This document shows positions 48,443-58,414 of a stretch of 64,000 nucleotides of DNA, piece by piece. The notes under the pieces were generated by a model, which did not search any database, was not told the origin of the DNA, and saw nothing but the letters and a program-made list of their open reading frames with translations. The position numbers were made by a program, and so were the translations under genes. Every line of letters starts with the position of its first letter. Positions within the stretch are counted from its first letter, which is position 1. This stretch comes from Candidatus Limnocylindrales bacterium (GTDB taxonomy: Bacteria > Chloroflexota > Limnocylindria > Limnocylindrales > CSP1-4), in assembly GCA_038245845.1 (NCBI GenBank), contig JBBRRZ010000004.1, forward strand, positions 39,142 to 103,141, written 5' to 3'.

Positions 48443-49858
48443 GTGACGTCCATTGGCGACCTCCGGGAACGCATCGACGTGCGGGCCCTGACTCGAAGAC
48501 CCTTCGTCCTCCTGTTCGTGGCCCTCGGCTCGATCGAGCTGCTCCGCCTGGTATTCGATCCCCGACCGCTCGACGTGCTCGTCCTCCTGCTGGTCGCCCT
48601 CGTTGGAGTCGCGGCGATCCACGAACGCGAGGTCATCGTGGGTGCCGAGGGTTCCCGGCGGAGCGAGGCCGAGTCCTTCGCGCGCATCCTCCGCGGCCTC
48701 GCGCGCTCCGTCTCGCCGGACGCCATCGTCGATGCGATCGTCGAGGAGCTGGGAGTCGCGACCGGCGCCGACCATGTCGCCGTCGTCCGGCGCCGGCCCG
48801 AAGCCCGCTCGCTCGAGGCGCTGCTCTCCCCGACCCGGCCCGGCGCGCCCACGTCCCGCACGACCCTTCCCCTCGCCGAGCTGGACGATCCGGCCGAGGA
48901 CGAGGCAATGTCCACGCTGGCGATGTCGGCGGCCCGCGGCCGCCGCATGACCGCCATCCCGATCGAGCCCGATCCCGACGGCGACCCGCAGCTGGTGCCG
49001 CTGGGGATCGTCGCCGACCGGCTGGGCCGCGGGTCGTCCGCACGCGACGGGCTTGCCCTGGGCGCGACCGGCGGCGGCGCGACCGTCGCGACGATGCCGT
49101 CGCGTGTTCGCTCCCGTCACGCGACGCCCGCCCGCGACGGCGCGGAGCAGCGGATCGCCGACCGGATTGCCGATCGGCTGCGCGCGGCCTACGGGCTCTC
49201 GAACGTCGTCGCCGCCCCGCTCCGCGTGAACGGGCGCGTGGAGGGCGCGATCGTCCTGTCCCGGCGAACGCGGCTTCCGTGGCCCGGGGCCGCGCAGCGG
49301 ATCCTGGAGGCGGCGGCCGTGGAGGCGTCCGCGGCGCTCGCCCGGCTGTACTCGCTGCGCGATGCCGAGGCGCGAGCGACGACCGACGCGCTCACGGGAC
49401 TTCCGAATCGCCGCTACTTCGACGAGTACCTCGGGCTGCTGGCGAAGCGCCGCCGCGCCGAGGACCGGGTCGGCGCGCTGATGATCGACATCGACCGGTT
49501 CAAGAAGCTCAACGACACCTTCGGGCATGCGGTGGGCGACCACGTGCTGCGGGAGGTGGCCCAGGCCATCGCGGGGGCGGTCCGGGAGGACGACGTGCCG
49601 GCGCGCTTCGGGGGCGAGGAGTTCGCCGTCCTGCTCAAGAATCCGGGCCCTGAGATCGCGATCGAGGTGGGCGAGCGCGTCCGGCGTGCCGTCAACTCGC
49701 TTGACCTGCGCAAGCTGGGCGTGCCCGGGGTGTCGGTCTCCGTGGGCGTGTCCGTGGCGTCGTCACCCGACCAGCCGCTCGAGGACGTCATCGACGAGGC
49801 CGACAAGGCGCTCTACCGCGCGAAGCGAGGCGGCCGCGACCGGGTCGTCGCCGCGTAA
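48443..49858 (+). CDS. Membrane-anchored GAF-like GGEEF diguanylate cyclase (start uncertain)
   Basis: Two TM, DALTGLPNRR, DIDRFKKLND, REDD I-site, RFGGEEF. Confidence 0.92.
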   Translation: MTSIGDLRERIDVRALTRRPFVLLFVALGSIELLRLVFDPRPLDVLVLLLVALVGVAAIHEREVIVGAEGSRRSEAESFARILRGLARSVSPDAIVDAIVEELGVATGADHVAVVRRRPEARSLEALLSPTRPGAPTSRTTLPLAELDDPAEDEAMSTLAMSAARGRRMTAIPIEPDPDGDPQLVPLGIVADRLGRGSSARDGLALGATGGGATVATMPSRVRSRHATPARDGAEQRIADRIADRLRAAYGLSNVVAAPLRVNGRVEGAIVLSRRTRLPWPGAAQRILEAAAVEASAALARLYSLRDAEARATTDALTGLPNRRYFDEYLGLLAKRRRAEDRVGALMIDIDRFKKLNDTFGHAVGDHVLREVAQAIAGAVREDDVPARFGGEEFAVLLKNPGPEIAIEVGERVRRAVNSLDLRKLGVPGVSVSVGVSVASSPDQPLEDVIDEADKALYRAKRGGRDRVVAA

Positions 49859-49941
49859 GGCCGCCACCCGCGCCCGCGAGCGATCCGACGGCCGCGGCCG
49901 CCGGGAGGCCAGGGTTGCGACCCGCGCGCTACCCTCCGCCC

Positions 49942-51852
49942 ATGCCCACACCCGACGACCAGGTGGACCCGCCGTCCGCCGTTCCTCCCTTCGACGATGC
50001 GCCGCCGCGCGACGATGAGGAGTCCGAGGACGCCGGGCCGCCGCGCACGGTCACGAACGGGGACCTCGCCCGAATCTTCCACGAGATCGGCGACATCCTC
50101 GAGGTCAAGGGCGAGCTCGTGTTCAAGACCGTCGCCTACCACCGGGCCGCCGACGCGATCGCGCGCGCCGCGTTCGACGTCGCCGCAACGTATGCGGGGG
50201 GCGAGAAGCGCCCGATCCCGGGTGTCGGCGCGGCGATCGCGGACAAGATCACGGAGCTCGCGACCACGGGCCGGATGGCGTTCCATGACCGACTTCGAGC
50301 GGAGATCCCGGCAACGCTCGTGGACCTCCTGCAGATCCCCGGGGTCGGCCCGAAGACAGTCAGGGTCGTCTGGGAGAGCGCGGGGATCGCGGATCTCGAG
50401 GGGCTCCGCCAGGCGGCCGAGGAAGGTCGACTCCGCACGATCAAGGGCATCTCCGCCGGCACCGAGCAGCGGATCATCGAGGGCATCGCCCAGCTTGCGT
50501 CACGACCCCGGCGCCAGCTCATCCACCGTGCCCAGGCGCTGAGCGACGACCTTGTCGCGCAGCTTGCGCCGGCCCCCGGTGTGCGGCGCATCGTCCAGGC
50601 AGGCAGTCTCCGGCGCCGGCGCGAGACCGTCGGCGACCTCGACCTCCTCGTCGAGACCGACGCGCCCGACGCGGTGATCGCGCGGTTCACCGGTCTCGGT
50701 GCGGTCGAGAAGGTCCTCGGCGCGGGCCACGCGAAGGCAGCTGTCACGCTCCAGCGGGGCCCGCAGGTGGACCTGATGGTGATGCCCCCGGGCGAGGCAG
50801 GTACGTACCTCATCCACTTCACCGGCTCGGCCGACCACAACATCCGGCTGCGCGGCATCGCGCGCGATCGCGGCTGGAGCCTGAGCGAGAAGGGCTTCCT
50901 GCGCATTGATGCGGAGGGCCAGCCGCTGACGGGCGATGGTGCCGAGCTCCGCACGTTCGAGGACGAGGCCGGAGCCTACGGGTTCCTCGACCTCCCGTTC
51001 ATCGAGCCCGAGCTGCGCGAGGATCGCGGCGAGATCGAGGCCGCCCGCGAGGGCAGGCTCCCACGACTGATCACCCGGGCGGACCTCCGCGGCGACCTCC
51101 ACAGCCACAGCGACTGGAGCGACGGCGTCCACTCCATCGAGGCGATGGCCGACGCCGCCCGGAGCCTCGGCTACGCGTACCAGGTGCTCACGGACCACAG
51201 CCAGAGCCTGGGCATCGCCCACGGGCTCACCCCGGACCGCGTGGAGCAGGAGCGCGAGATCATCGCTGCGCTCAACGCCCGGTTCATGGCGCAAGAGGCC
51301 CGGGGCGAGCTGCCGGAGGGCGCCAACCCGGGTGGCTTCCGCTTCCTCCACGGCTGCGAGCTTGAGGTGCGGGCCGACGGGAACCTCGACTACGAGGACG
51401 ACCTCCTCGCCCGCTTCGACCTCGTCGTGGCATCCGTCCACGTCGCCCGTCGGCAGTCCCGGGCCGACCTCACCCGGCGGACCCTCAACGCCATTCACTC
51501 CCCGCACGTGGACGTCATCGCACACCCGTCGGGCCGCATGATCCAGGGCCGTGACGACCTCGACCTCGACTGGGACGCCGTGTTCGAGGCGGCCGCGGCC
51601 ACCGGTACCGCGCTCGAGATGAACGGCTCGCCGCATCGCCTGGACCTTTCGCCGGAGCGCGCGCGTCGCGCGGTCGAGGCCGGCTGCATCCTCTCGATCG
51701 ACTCCGACGCCCACCGGACCGAGGAGCTCCAGTACGTCCGCTGGGGCGTCGAGCAGGCCCGACGGGCGTGGGTCGAGGCGCGCGACGTCCTGAACACGCG
51801 CCCCACCGACGAGCTCCTCGCGTGGGTTGCCGCCAAGCCGTCGCGCGTGTAG
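49942..51852 (+). CDS. polX: DNA polymerase X with PHP domain
   Basis: HhH IPGVG, AGSLRR..ETVGDLD, FTGSADHN, PELRED, GDLHSHSDWSDG, TDHS, DSDAH. Confidence 0.95.
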   Translation: MPTPDDQVDPPSAVPPFDDAPPRDDEESEDAGPPRTVTNGDLARIFHEIGDILEVKGELVFKTVAYHRAADAIARAAFDVAATYAGGEKRPIPGVGAAIADKITELATTGRMAFHDRLRAEIPATLVDLLQIPGVGPKTVRVVWESAGIADLEGLRQAAEEGRLRTIKGISAGTEQRIIEGIAQLASRPRRQLIHRAQALSDDLVAQLAPAPGVRRIVQAGSLRRRRETVGDLDLLVETDAPDAVIARFTGLGAVEKVLGAGHAKAAVTLQRGPQVDLMVMPPGEAGTYLIHFTGSADHNIRLRGIARDRGWSLSEKGFLRIDAEGQPLTGDGAELRTFEDEAGAYGFLDLPFIEPELREDRGEIEAAREGRLPRLITRADLRGDLHSHSDWSDGVHSIEAMADAARSLGYAYQVLTDHSQSLGIAHGLTPDRVEQEREIIAALNARFMAQEARGELPEGANPGGFRFLHGCELEVRADGNLDYEDDLLARFDLVVASVHVARRQSRADLTRRTLNAIHSPHVDVIAHPSGRMIQGRDDLDLDWDAVFEAAAATGTALEMNGSPHRLDLSPERARRAVEAGCILSIDSDAHRTEELQYVRWGVEQARRAWVEARDVLNTRPTDELLAWVAAKPSRV

Positions 51853-51891
51853 ACCCGCACCGCGCCCGACCCGCGACGTACGATCCCCGTG

Positions 51892-52710
51892 ATGGCCGTC
51901 CGCACCGCCGCCCCCGTCCTTGCGCGCCGCGAGCTTGTCCTCGTCGCGTGCCTGCTCGTCGGGATGACGCGCCTCGTCGAGCGCCCCGATGCGTTCCTCA
52001 TCGCCGGGCTGCTACCCGTCGTCATGCTGCTCGCGGGCACCGGCGTCCTCGGGTCCGAGGAGGCCGGCCGTCCCTACGAGGCGCTACTCGTCCCGTCGGT
52101 GCTCACGGGCGGCGCTGCGGCCGCGATCCATCTCGTCCCGCCCGGCCTTGGCCTCGTGCCGGCGATGGTCGCGTTCGCGATCCTCCTCGACCGGATCCTC
52201 GTGCTCGAGATCCGCCTGATCGGCCAGCTGGCCGGCGTATCGGAGGCGGACCGGTCGCGGATCCTGCTCGCGGCGGTCGTGACCGCGTTCGTCGCGTTCA
52301 CGGGCATCGCGGCGCTCGTGCCCGGTGGCCTCGCGGAAACCGGTGGGACCGCGTCGGGCGGCACCCCGCTGAGCGGCGGCTGGCTCGTCGTGCTGGCGCT
52401 CGACGACGCGCTGATCGCCCTCCTCCTGGGCTACCGCGTCGCGGTCTTCCGGTATGGGACGGCGTCCGATGCGGCGCGGTCCGCGCTGACCTACGCGATC
52501 GTGGTCGCGGTGGCCGCGGGCGCCACCCGGGCGATGGACATCCCGCAGCTCGTCGGACCGGCGGTGCTGACCCTCGTCTTCTACCTCTGGGACGCACTGC
52601 ACGGGACGGCCCCCGCGCGACGGCGCGAGCCGCGCTTCCTGTGGGAGGCGGCCCTGCTCGCCATCCTCGGGGTCGTCGTGGTTGCCTGGAACCTCCAGCT
52701 CGCGGGCTGA
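51892..52710 (+). CDS. Multi-pass membrane hypothetical protein
   Basis: About 8-9 hydrophobic segments; TACGAT 7 nt upstream of ATG. Confidence 0.75.
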   Translation: MAVRTAAPVLARRELVLVACLLVGMTRLVERPDAFLIAGLLPVVMLLAGTGVLGSEEAGRPYEALLVPSVLTGGAAAAIHLVPPGLGLVPAMVAFAILLDRILVLEIRLIGQLAGVSEADRSRILLAAVVTAFVAFTGIAALVPGGLAETGGTASGGTPLSGGWLVVLALDDALIALLLGYRVAVFRYGTASDAARSALTYAIVVAVAAGATRAMDIPQLVGPAVLTLVFYLWDALHGTAPARRREPRFLWEAALLAILGVVVVAWNLQLAG

Positions 52711-52783
52711 TCCGGCCAGCCCCGGAGGTGAACGCGGGCCACCATCGAGGGGCCGCCGGGCGGGGCTGGCAACCCTGCCCCGT

Positions 52784-52812
52784 TTGACGATCCATCGGCC
52801 GAGTGCTACAAA
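52784..52812 (+). promoter_or_regulatory. Sigma70-type promoter upstream of TPR protein gene
   Basis: TTGACG-17 nt-TACAAA with TG extension. Confidence 0.55.
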
Positions 52813-52880
52813 ACGATGCCCCATAGGCCGCGGTCGCGCTTGCCTGCGCGCCGCCGAGCCTCCGAAAGGATGACCGCTCC

Positions 52881-53738
52881 GTGACCTTCCCCCAGATCGA
52901 CGCCGCCGCCCAGACACCCGCGGGCCAGACGCGCCTCAAGCGCCAGCTCGCCGAGCAGGCAGTCGCCCTCGCGACCGCCGCCAACTGGATCGACGCGGCC
53001 GAGACGAACCGGCGGCTCCTGGAGCTGGGCGCCGACTCGGAGTCCGAGAACCGCCTCGCGAAGGCACTCTGGGAGATGGGCGAGCTGGGCGCTGCCCGCG
53101 AGCACTACCAGAAGGCGCTTGCCCTCGACCCCACGAACCGAATCGCCGAGCGCAACATCGACCGGCTGAAGGTGCTGCTCGTCGAGGCGGGCGAGAAGAC
53201 CGTCGCGGCCAAGCCCGGCTCGAAGTCCCCGGTGAGCATCTTCGTCGAGGAGACCGGCAAGACGGGCTTCGCGCACCTCACGAACCTCGCTCGCCCCGCG
53301 GAGCTCGCCCAGGTCAACCCGGGCGACGCCGTGGAGCTGGTCCCGGAGGGCAACCGGCTCATCGCGAACAGCAACGGCCACCGGATCGGCATCGTCGAGC
53401 CGCGCGTCGCTGCCCGCCTGCTCAAGCTCATGGCCGACGGCAACAAGTACATCGCCGCCGTCACCTCGCTGGGTGACCGGGATGTCCGACTGATCATCCG
53501 CGAGGTCGTCCAGGACCCGCGCAACTACGGCAAGGTCTCGTTCCCGACCGCCGCCAAGTCCACAGACCTTCGGCCGTACACGAAGGGGACGCTCGTCCGG
53601 GAGGACGAGGAGCTCGAGGAGGATCTCGAGGACGACGTCGAGGACGAGGAGATCGAGAACCTCGACCGCGTCCTGCCCCCCGAGGAGACGACGGACGAGG
53701 CGTTCGTCGAGGAGAACGACGAGCTCGAGGACCAGTAA
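52881..53738 (+). CDS. TPR protein with HIRAN-like beta domain and acidic tail
   Basis: NRLAKALWEMGELGAAREHYQKALALDPTN (TPR); PGDAVEL...RIGIVEPRVAARLLKLMADGNKY; Asp/Glu-rich C-terminus. Confidence 0.8.
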   Translation: MTFPQIDAAAQTPAGQTRLKRQLAEQAVALATAANWIDAAETNRRLLELGADSESENRLAKALWEMGELGAAREHYQKALALDPTNRIAERNIDRLKVLLVEAGEKTVAAKPGSKSPVSIFVEETGKTGFAHLTNLARPAELAQVNPGDAVELVPEGNRLIANSNGHRIGIVEPRVAARLLKLMADGNKYIAAVTSLGDRDVRLIIREVVQDPRNYGKVSFPTAAKSTDLRPYTKGTLVREDEELEEDLEDDVEDEEIENLDRVLPPEETTDEAFVEENDELEDQ

Positions 53739-53830
53739 CCCCATCGCGCGGCTGCCTGCTGGTCGCGCACACGGGCAGATCCGCGCCCGGCGACCCTGAC
53801 CGCGAGCCGCGTCTGCGACAATCCGCCGAT

Positions 53831-56527
53831 ATGGCGGGCCGTGCGCTCCTCCTCCGAGCCGAACCCGGGTTCAGCCTCCCGGCGTTCGAGCGATTCGCGC
53901 CGCCACCGCCACCGGCCCTCGTCGCCGCGCGGCTGGAGGCGTCGTCGCTGCCGGGCGAGATCGTCCTTGACCTCTTCGGCCGTGGCGGCTGGGTCGCGCG
54001 CGCGGCCATCGACGCCCAGCGCAAGGGCGTCAGCCTCGAGTCCACGCCCCTCGACCGACTGCTCGCGGAGATCGTGCTGCGCCCGCCGGACCTGCGCCAT
54101 CTCGACGCCGCCGTCCAGGCCCTGGCCGCGTCGGCGCGTCGCGAATCGAGCCTCAAGACGTCCATCACCGACCGCTTCGCCAGCCGCTGCGCCACCTGCG
54201 ACCGGCCGGTGATCCTCGACGAGGTGACCTGGTCCGCCGAGCCGCATGACGAGCCTGGATCGGCCGCCGGCCCGCGACCTACCCGCAAGCACTACCGGTG
54301 CGCGGTCTGCCGCGATCAGCTCGGCGGCGGCGAGCAGCGCCAGGCGCCGCTCGACCCGTCCGACGTGGCGCGCGCGCTCGACCCAGAGGGCTCCGAGGTC
54401 CGGGTCCACCTCCTCGACCGCTTCCCGACGCTCGATGGTGGCGAGGACCTGGCGCTGGAGCTCCTCGACCTGCACACCCCGCGCCAGCTGTCCGCGCTGG
54501 CGGCGATCCTCGAACGGGTCGAGGGCGACCTGCGCGCCGCCCCGATCGAGGCCGCGCTGCGCCTTGCCCTCCTGCACGCGCTCGCCCCGGCGAGCCGCCT
54601 CGCGACCTCGCCCGGACGTCTCGCGCCGCTCAGGATCGCCGCGGGACACGTGAAGGTCCCGGGTGGGGCGAGCTGGCGTGAGCGAAACCCATGGCTCGCG
54701 TTCGAGGACGGCGTGCGCCTCGTCCGCGGGTTTGTGCAGCGGCTCGAGAGCGGCGCGTGGGGGCCCGTCCCTGCCCGTCTCGGGGAGGACCTTCGCAGCC
54801 TGGTCGAGGGGTCCGCGACCGCGGTCCTCAAGCAGGGGACGCCGGCAGCGATCGGCGCGCTCGAGATCGAGGGGCAGTACCTCGAACGCTCGGGGATGCG
54901 CCCGAGGATTCGTCTCGTCCTCGGCATGCCGCCGCTCCGCCCGGTCGCCGAGCGGCTGTCGTGGGCGTACCACGGGACGGCCTGGGTCCTCGGTCGGGAC
55001 GCCGCCTCGACGCTCCCCCTGGAGCCGCTGTTCGGGCCGACCTTCCGGCCCTCGTGGGGCTGGCAGGCCACGGCAATCACGCGCAGCCTGCGGAGCGTGG
55101 AGCCCGCGCTCGCGAGAGATGCGCGGGTCGTGTTCATGCTCGAAGGCGACGGCCCGGAGAGCCTCGTCGCGACGGTCCTCGGCGGGGTGACTGCGGGGTA
55201 TCGCCTCGCCGGGGCGCGCCTGCCCGAGGCCGGGCGTGACACGGGCGGCGTCGTGGAGCTCGTTCCCCCTGGGTCTGGCGCGGTGCCGGGCGGACCGCGG
55301 ACTCGTGCGAACGTCGCGCTCACGCCGGTCCCGGGTGGCGCCGGGGACCCCGACCTCGCGCCAGCCGGGCGCCTGTTCGCCCCGCCCGAGCGGATCGTGA
55401 ACGCCCCGTTCTCCGCGGTCGACGCCGCGCGCGCGGTCGTCGACGCCGCCGCGGACGTCCTCAAGCTGCGCGGTGAGCCCGTGAGCTTCCAGGGGCTGCT
55501 CGGCGAGATCCTCGTGGGCCTCGACCGGGCAGGACACCTCCGCCGGCTCGTGCGACCGCCGGCTGCGCCGGATACAGGGCCCGAGGGGTCGGCCGCCGCG
55601 CCCCAGCGTCAGGCCGCCTCGGCGTCCCCGCCCGTCCCGCCCGCTGACCATGTCGACCGGCTGCTCACGTTGATCGCGGATGCGCTCGCCGGCGCCGACG
55701 GCCGTCGCCTGGCGAAGGTCGGCGACGACCGCTGGTGGCTGGGCGACCGGGCCGACCGGGATGCCGCCGCCGTGCCGCTGGCGGATCGCGTGGAGTGGGC
55801 CGTCTACAGCCTGCTCTCGACGGCCGGCCCGCTGTCCGAGGCGCAGTTCATGGAACGGATCGCGGGCCTGTTCACGGGTCCGGATCTCCCGGACGAGGCG
55901 CTCGTCCGTGCCTGCCTCGACAGCTACCGGAGCATCTCCAGCACGCCTGACCGGCTCGTCACGACGGACGACCTGGTCCGTCGCAGCCAGGAGCACGGGG
56001 ACCTCATCGCGCGGCTCGTGGCCCTCGGCCATCGCCTCGGGTTCTCGTGCTGGATCGGCGCCCGCCAGCAGCCCCGGCGGATGGACGGGGTGCCCCTGGC
56101 GGAGCTGCTCGACGACCGCGAGCTCGCCGGCCCGCCGTACCTCGGCCGGATCCGCGCGGAGGACCTCGAGGAGGTCGACGTCATCTGGTACGTCCGCGGG
56201 CGGGCCGCATTCCTGTGGGAGATCGAGTGGACGGCGATGCTCGGCGAGACCGTGCTCCGGCGCCACGCGCGGATCCCGGTGGACGACCGGCTCGTGCGGT
56301 TCCTCGTCGTGCTCCCGGAGCGGGCCGAGCTCGTGCGCCACAAGCTCGAGCGCTCGCCGCTCCTGCGCGCCGAGGTGGAGCAGGGGAGCTGGCACATCCT
56401 CAAGGCCAACCACCTCCGCGACTGGGCGGCGCGCGACGCGGTGGAGCTGGCGGACATGGAGGCGCTCCTGGGGCTCGACCCGGCCGTCGAGCGGACGGGC
56501 GACCAGCTGTCGCTGTTCACCGGCTGA
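53831..56527 (+). CDS. 898-aa DNA methyltransferase-like/Zn-ribbon/PD-(D/E)XK-like fusion with degenerate MTase motifs
   Basis: PGEIVLDLFGRGG (degenerate motif I), CATC...CAVC, LVLGMPPL (degenerate DPPY), C-terminal VDVIW...FLWEIEWT. Confidence 0.7.
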   Translation: MAGRALLLRAEPGFSLPAFERFAPPPPPALVAARLEASSLPGEIVLDLFGRGGWVARAAIDAQRKGVSLESTPLDRLLAEIVLRPPDLRHLDAAVQALAASARRESSLKTSITDRFASRCATCDRPVILDEVTWSAEPHDEPGSAAGPRPTRKHYRCAVCRDQLGGGEQRQAPLDPSDVARALDPEGSEVRVHLLDRFPTLDGGEDLALELLDLHTPRQLSALAAILERVEGDLRAAPIEAALRLALLHALAPASRLATSPGRLAPLRIAAGHVKVPGGASWRERNPWLAFEDGVRLVRGFVQRLESGAWGPVPARLGEDLRSLVEGSATAVLKQGTPAAIGALEIEGQYLERSGMRPRIRLVLGMPPLRPVAERLSWAYHGTAWVLGRDAASTLPLEPLFGPTFRPSWGWQATAITRSLRSVEPALARDARVVFMLEGDGPESLVATVLGGVTAGYRLAGARLPEAGRDTGGVVELVPPGSGAVPGGPRTRANVALTPVPGGAGDPDLAPAGRLFAPPERIVNAPFSAVDAARAVVDAAADVLKLRGEPVSFQGLLGEILVGLDRAGHLRRLVRPPAAPDTGPEGSAAAPQRQAASASPPVPPADHVDRLLTLIADALAGADGRRLAKVGDDRWWLGDRADRDAAAVPLADRVEWAVYSLLSTAGPLSEAQFMERIAGLFTGPDLPDEALVRACLDSYRSISSTPDRLVTTDDLVRRSQEHGDLIARLVALGHRLGFSCWIGARQQPRRMDGVPLAELLDDRELAGPPYLGRIRAEDLEEVDVIWYVRGRAAFLWEIEWTAMLGETVLRRHARIPVDDRLVRFLVVLPERAELVRHKLERSPLLRAEVEQGSWHILKANHLRDWAARDAVELADMEALLGLDPAVERTGDQLSLFTG

Positions 56528-56533
56528 GCCATC

Positions 56534-56563
56534 CGCCGTCCGGCGCCGTCCGGCGCCGTCCGG
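56534..56563. repeat. 10-bp tandem repeat CGCCGTCCGG x3
   Basis: Exact copies just after stop at 56527. Confidence 0.9.
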
Positions 56564-56685
56564 CGGCAACGTGCCCTGAGCGCCCGCCCGTCGCGATACC
56601 CTGTTGGGGAGTCCTCCGCCATCCGAGTGCACCTGGGAGCGCCGGTGAGCGGCCAACCTGCTGCCCGTACCGGGGGTGTCAACGC

Positions 56686-58371
56686 GTGACCGACTCCAGC
56701 CGCCAGTCCACGCCCATCGACCGCATCGCCGACGCGTTCTGGGACGAGACTCTCCGCCAGTCGCCGACGAGCGCGACGGCCTACGGCGACCACCGCTACG
56801 ACGACCGGCTGGAGGACCCGACGGCGGTGGGTCGAGCGGAGGTCCGTGATGCGGCGGAGCGCGCGTGGGCCGACGCCCGGGCGATCCCCGAGGACGGCCT
56901 CGCGACCGAGGATTGGATCACCCGCGACATCCTGCGCGTGATCGCCGAGCTCGCGGTGGAGGCCGACGACCTCACGGTCCACGAGATCCGCGCCGTCGAT
57001 CAGATCAACGGCCCCCAGACCCTGCTCCAGCAGCTCACCGTCTTCCAGCGGGCAGACACGCCGGAGCGGCTCGAGGCGTGGCTCACGCGGCTGCGCGCGT
57101 ACGGCCCGTACATGGACGCCAATATCGAGATCCTCCACGAGGGGCGTGCGTCTGGCCGGACGGCGGCACGGATCGTGGCCGAGCGGACCATCGACCAGCT
57201 CAAGCGGCTGCTCTCGACGCCGGCCGGGGAGGCCGCAATCACGACGATGTCCGAGGTCGCGTCCGACGCGGACCGGGAGGCTGTGCGAGCGGTCGTCGAG
57301 GAGGTCGTCAACCCCGCAAACCGCCGCTACCTCGAGGCCGTCGGCGGAGAGTACCTCGCGGCGACCCGCGAGCAGCCGGGCCTCGTGTCGGCGCCCGGCG
57401 GGGAGGCGCTGTACCGGTACTTCATCCGGCGCTGGACGACGCTGGACCTCGAGCCGGTCGACGTCCACCAGGTGGGCATGGACGAGCTGGCAGCGATCGA
57501 CGAGGAGCGGCGCGCGCTTGCCGGTGCCCACGGCTTCGGCGACGACGTCGACGGCTACCGGCGCGCCTCGGGCGCGGATCCGGTCAACCAGGCCGCAACG
57601 AATGAGGCGCTCGTCGCGCGGGCGAACGAGGACATCGTGCGGGCTGCTGCGGCTGCACCGAGGATGTTCGGGCGGCTCCCGCGGAGCGGCTGCGAGGTGC
57701 GCCCGGTCGAGCCGTACAAGGAGATGGATGCGCCGTTCGCGTACTACTACCCGCCGGCCCCGGACGGCTCGCGAGGCGGCATCTACTACGTCAACACGTA
57801 CGACCTGCCCAGCCGCACGTTCTCCAAGCTGGCCTCGACGACCTACCACGAGGCGATCCCGGGCCACCACTTCCAGCTCGCCCTCGAGACCGAGCACCCA
57901 AGCCTCAACGTGTTCCGCAGGCTCGGAGCGCGGATGATCGGCGGGGCATACATCGAAGGCTGGGGCCTGTATGCGGAGCGGCTGGCAGACGAGCTCGGCC
58001 TGTACCGCAACGACGACGAGCGGCTCGGGATGCTCGACGCCCAGGCATGGCGCGCGTCGCGGCTGATCGTTGATTCCGGGATGCACGGGCTGGGCTGGTC
58101 GCGCCAGCAGTCCATCGACTGGCTGCTCCGGACCGGTCTGTCCGACACCGATGCGGTCATCGAGACGGATCGCTACATCAACTGGCCGGGCCAGGCGCTC
58201 TCGTACATGACCGGGATGCGCGAGATCCGCCGGCTGCGCGCCGAGCTCCAGGCTCGCGACGGCTCCCGCTTCGACCTCAGGTCGTTCCACGACGAGCTCA
58301 TCGGCCACGGCTCGCTGCCGCTTGTGACGCTCGCCGACCAGCTGCCCGGCTGGGTGCGCCCGAGCGCCTGA
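56686..58371 (+). CDS. DUF885 family metallopeptidase-like protein
   Basis: AYYYPP, HEAIPGHHFQ, YIEGWGLYAE, RLIVDSGMH, PGQALSY; no signal peptide. Confidence 0.92.
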   Translation: MTDSSRQSTPIDRIADAFWDETLRQSPTSATAYGDHRYDDRLEDPTAVGRAEVRDAAERAWADARAIPEDGLATEDWITRDILRVIAELAVEADDLTVHEIRAVDQINGPQTLLQQLTVFQRADTPERLEAWLTRLRAYGPYMDANIEILHEGRASGRTAARIVAERTIDQLKRLLSTPAGEAAITTMSEVASDADREAVRAVVEEVVNPANRRYLEAVGGEYLAATREQPGLVSAPGGEALYRYFIRRWTTLDLEPVDVHQVGMDELAAIDEERRALAGAHGFGDDVDGYRRASGADPVNQAATNEALVARANEDIVRAAAAAPRMFGRLPRSGCEVRPVEPYKEMDAPFAYYYPPAPDGSRGGIYYVNTYDLPSRTFSKLASTTYHEAIPGHHFQLALETEHPSLNVFRRLGARMIGGAYIEGWGLYAERLADELGLYRNDDERLGMLDAQAWRASRLIVDSGMHGLGWSRQQSIDWLLRTGLSDTDAVIETDRYINWPGQALSYMTGMREIRRLRAELQARDGSRFDLRSFHDELIGHGSLPLVTLADQLPGWVRPSA

Positions 58372-58414
58372 CCGACGTCGCCGTCGAGCGACCCCAGCCG
58401 CGTCCTGCTCGGCC

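Noticed and set aside
53525-56656. Long antisense ORFs (1043 aa here, and many similar ones such as 61313-64000, 32618-35224 and 38402-40699)
   Set aside because: Shadow ORFs expected in high-GC DNA opposite real genes; no recognisable motifs
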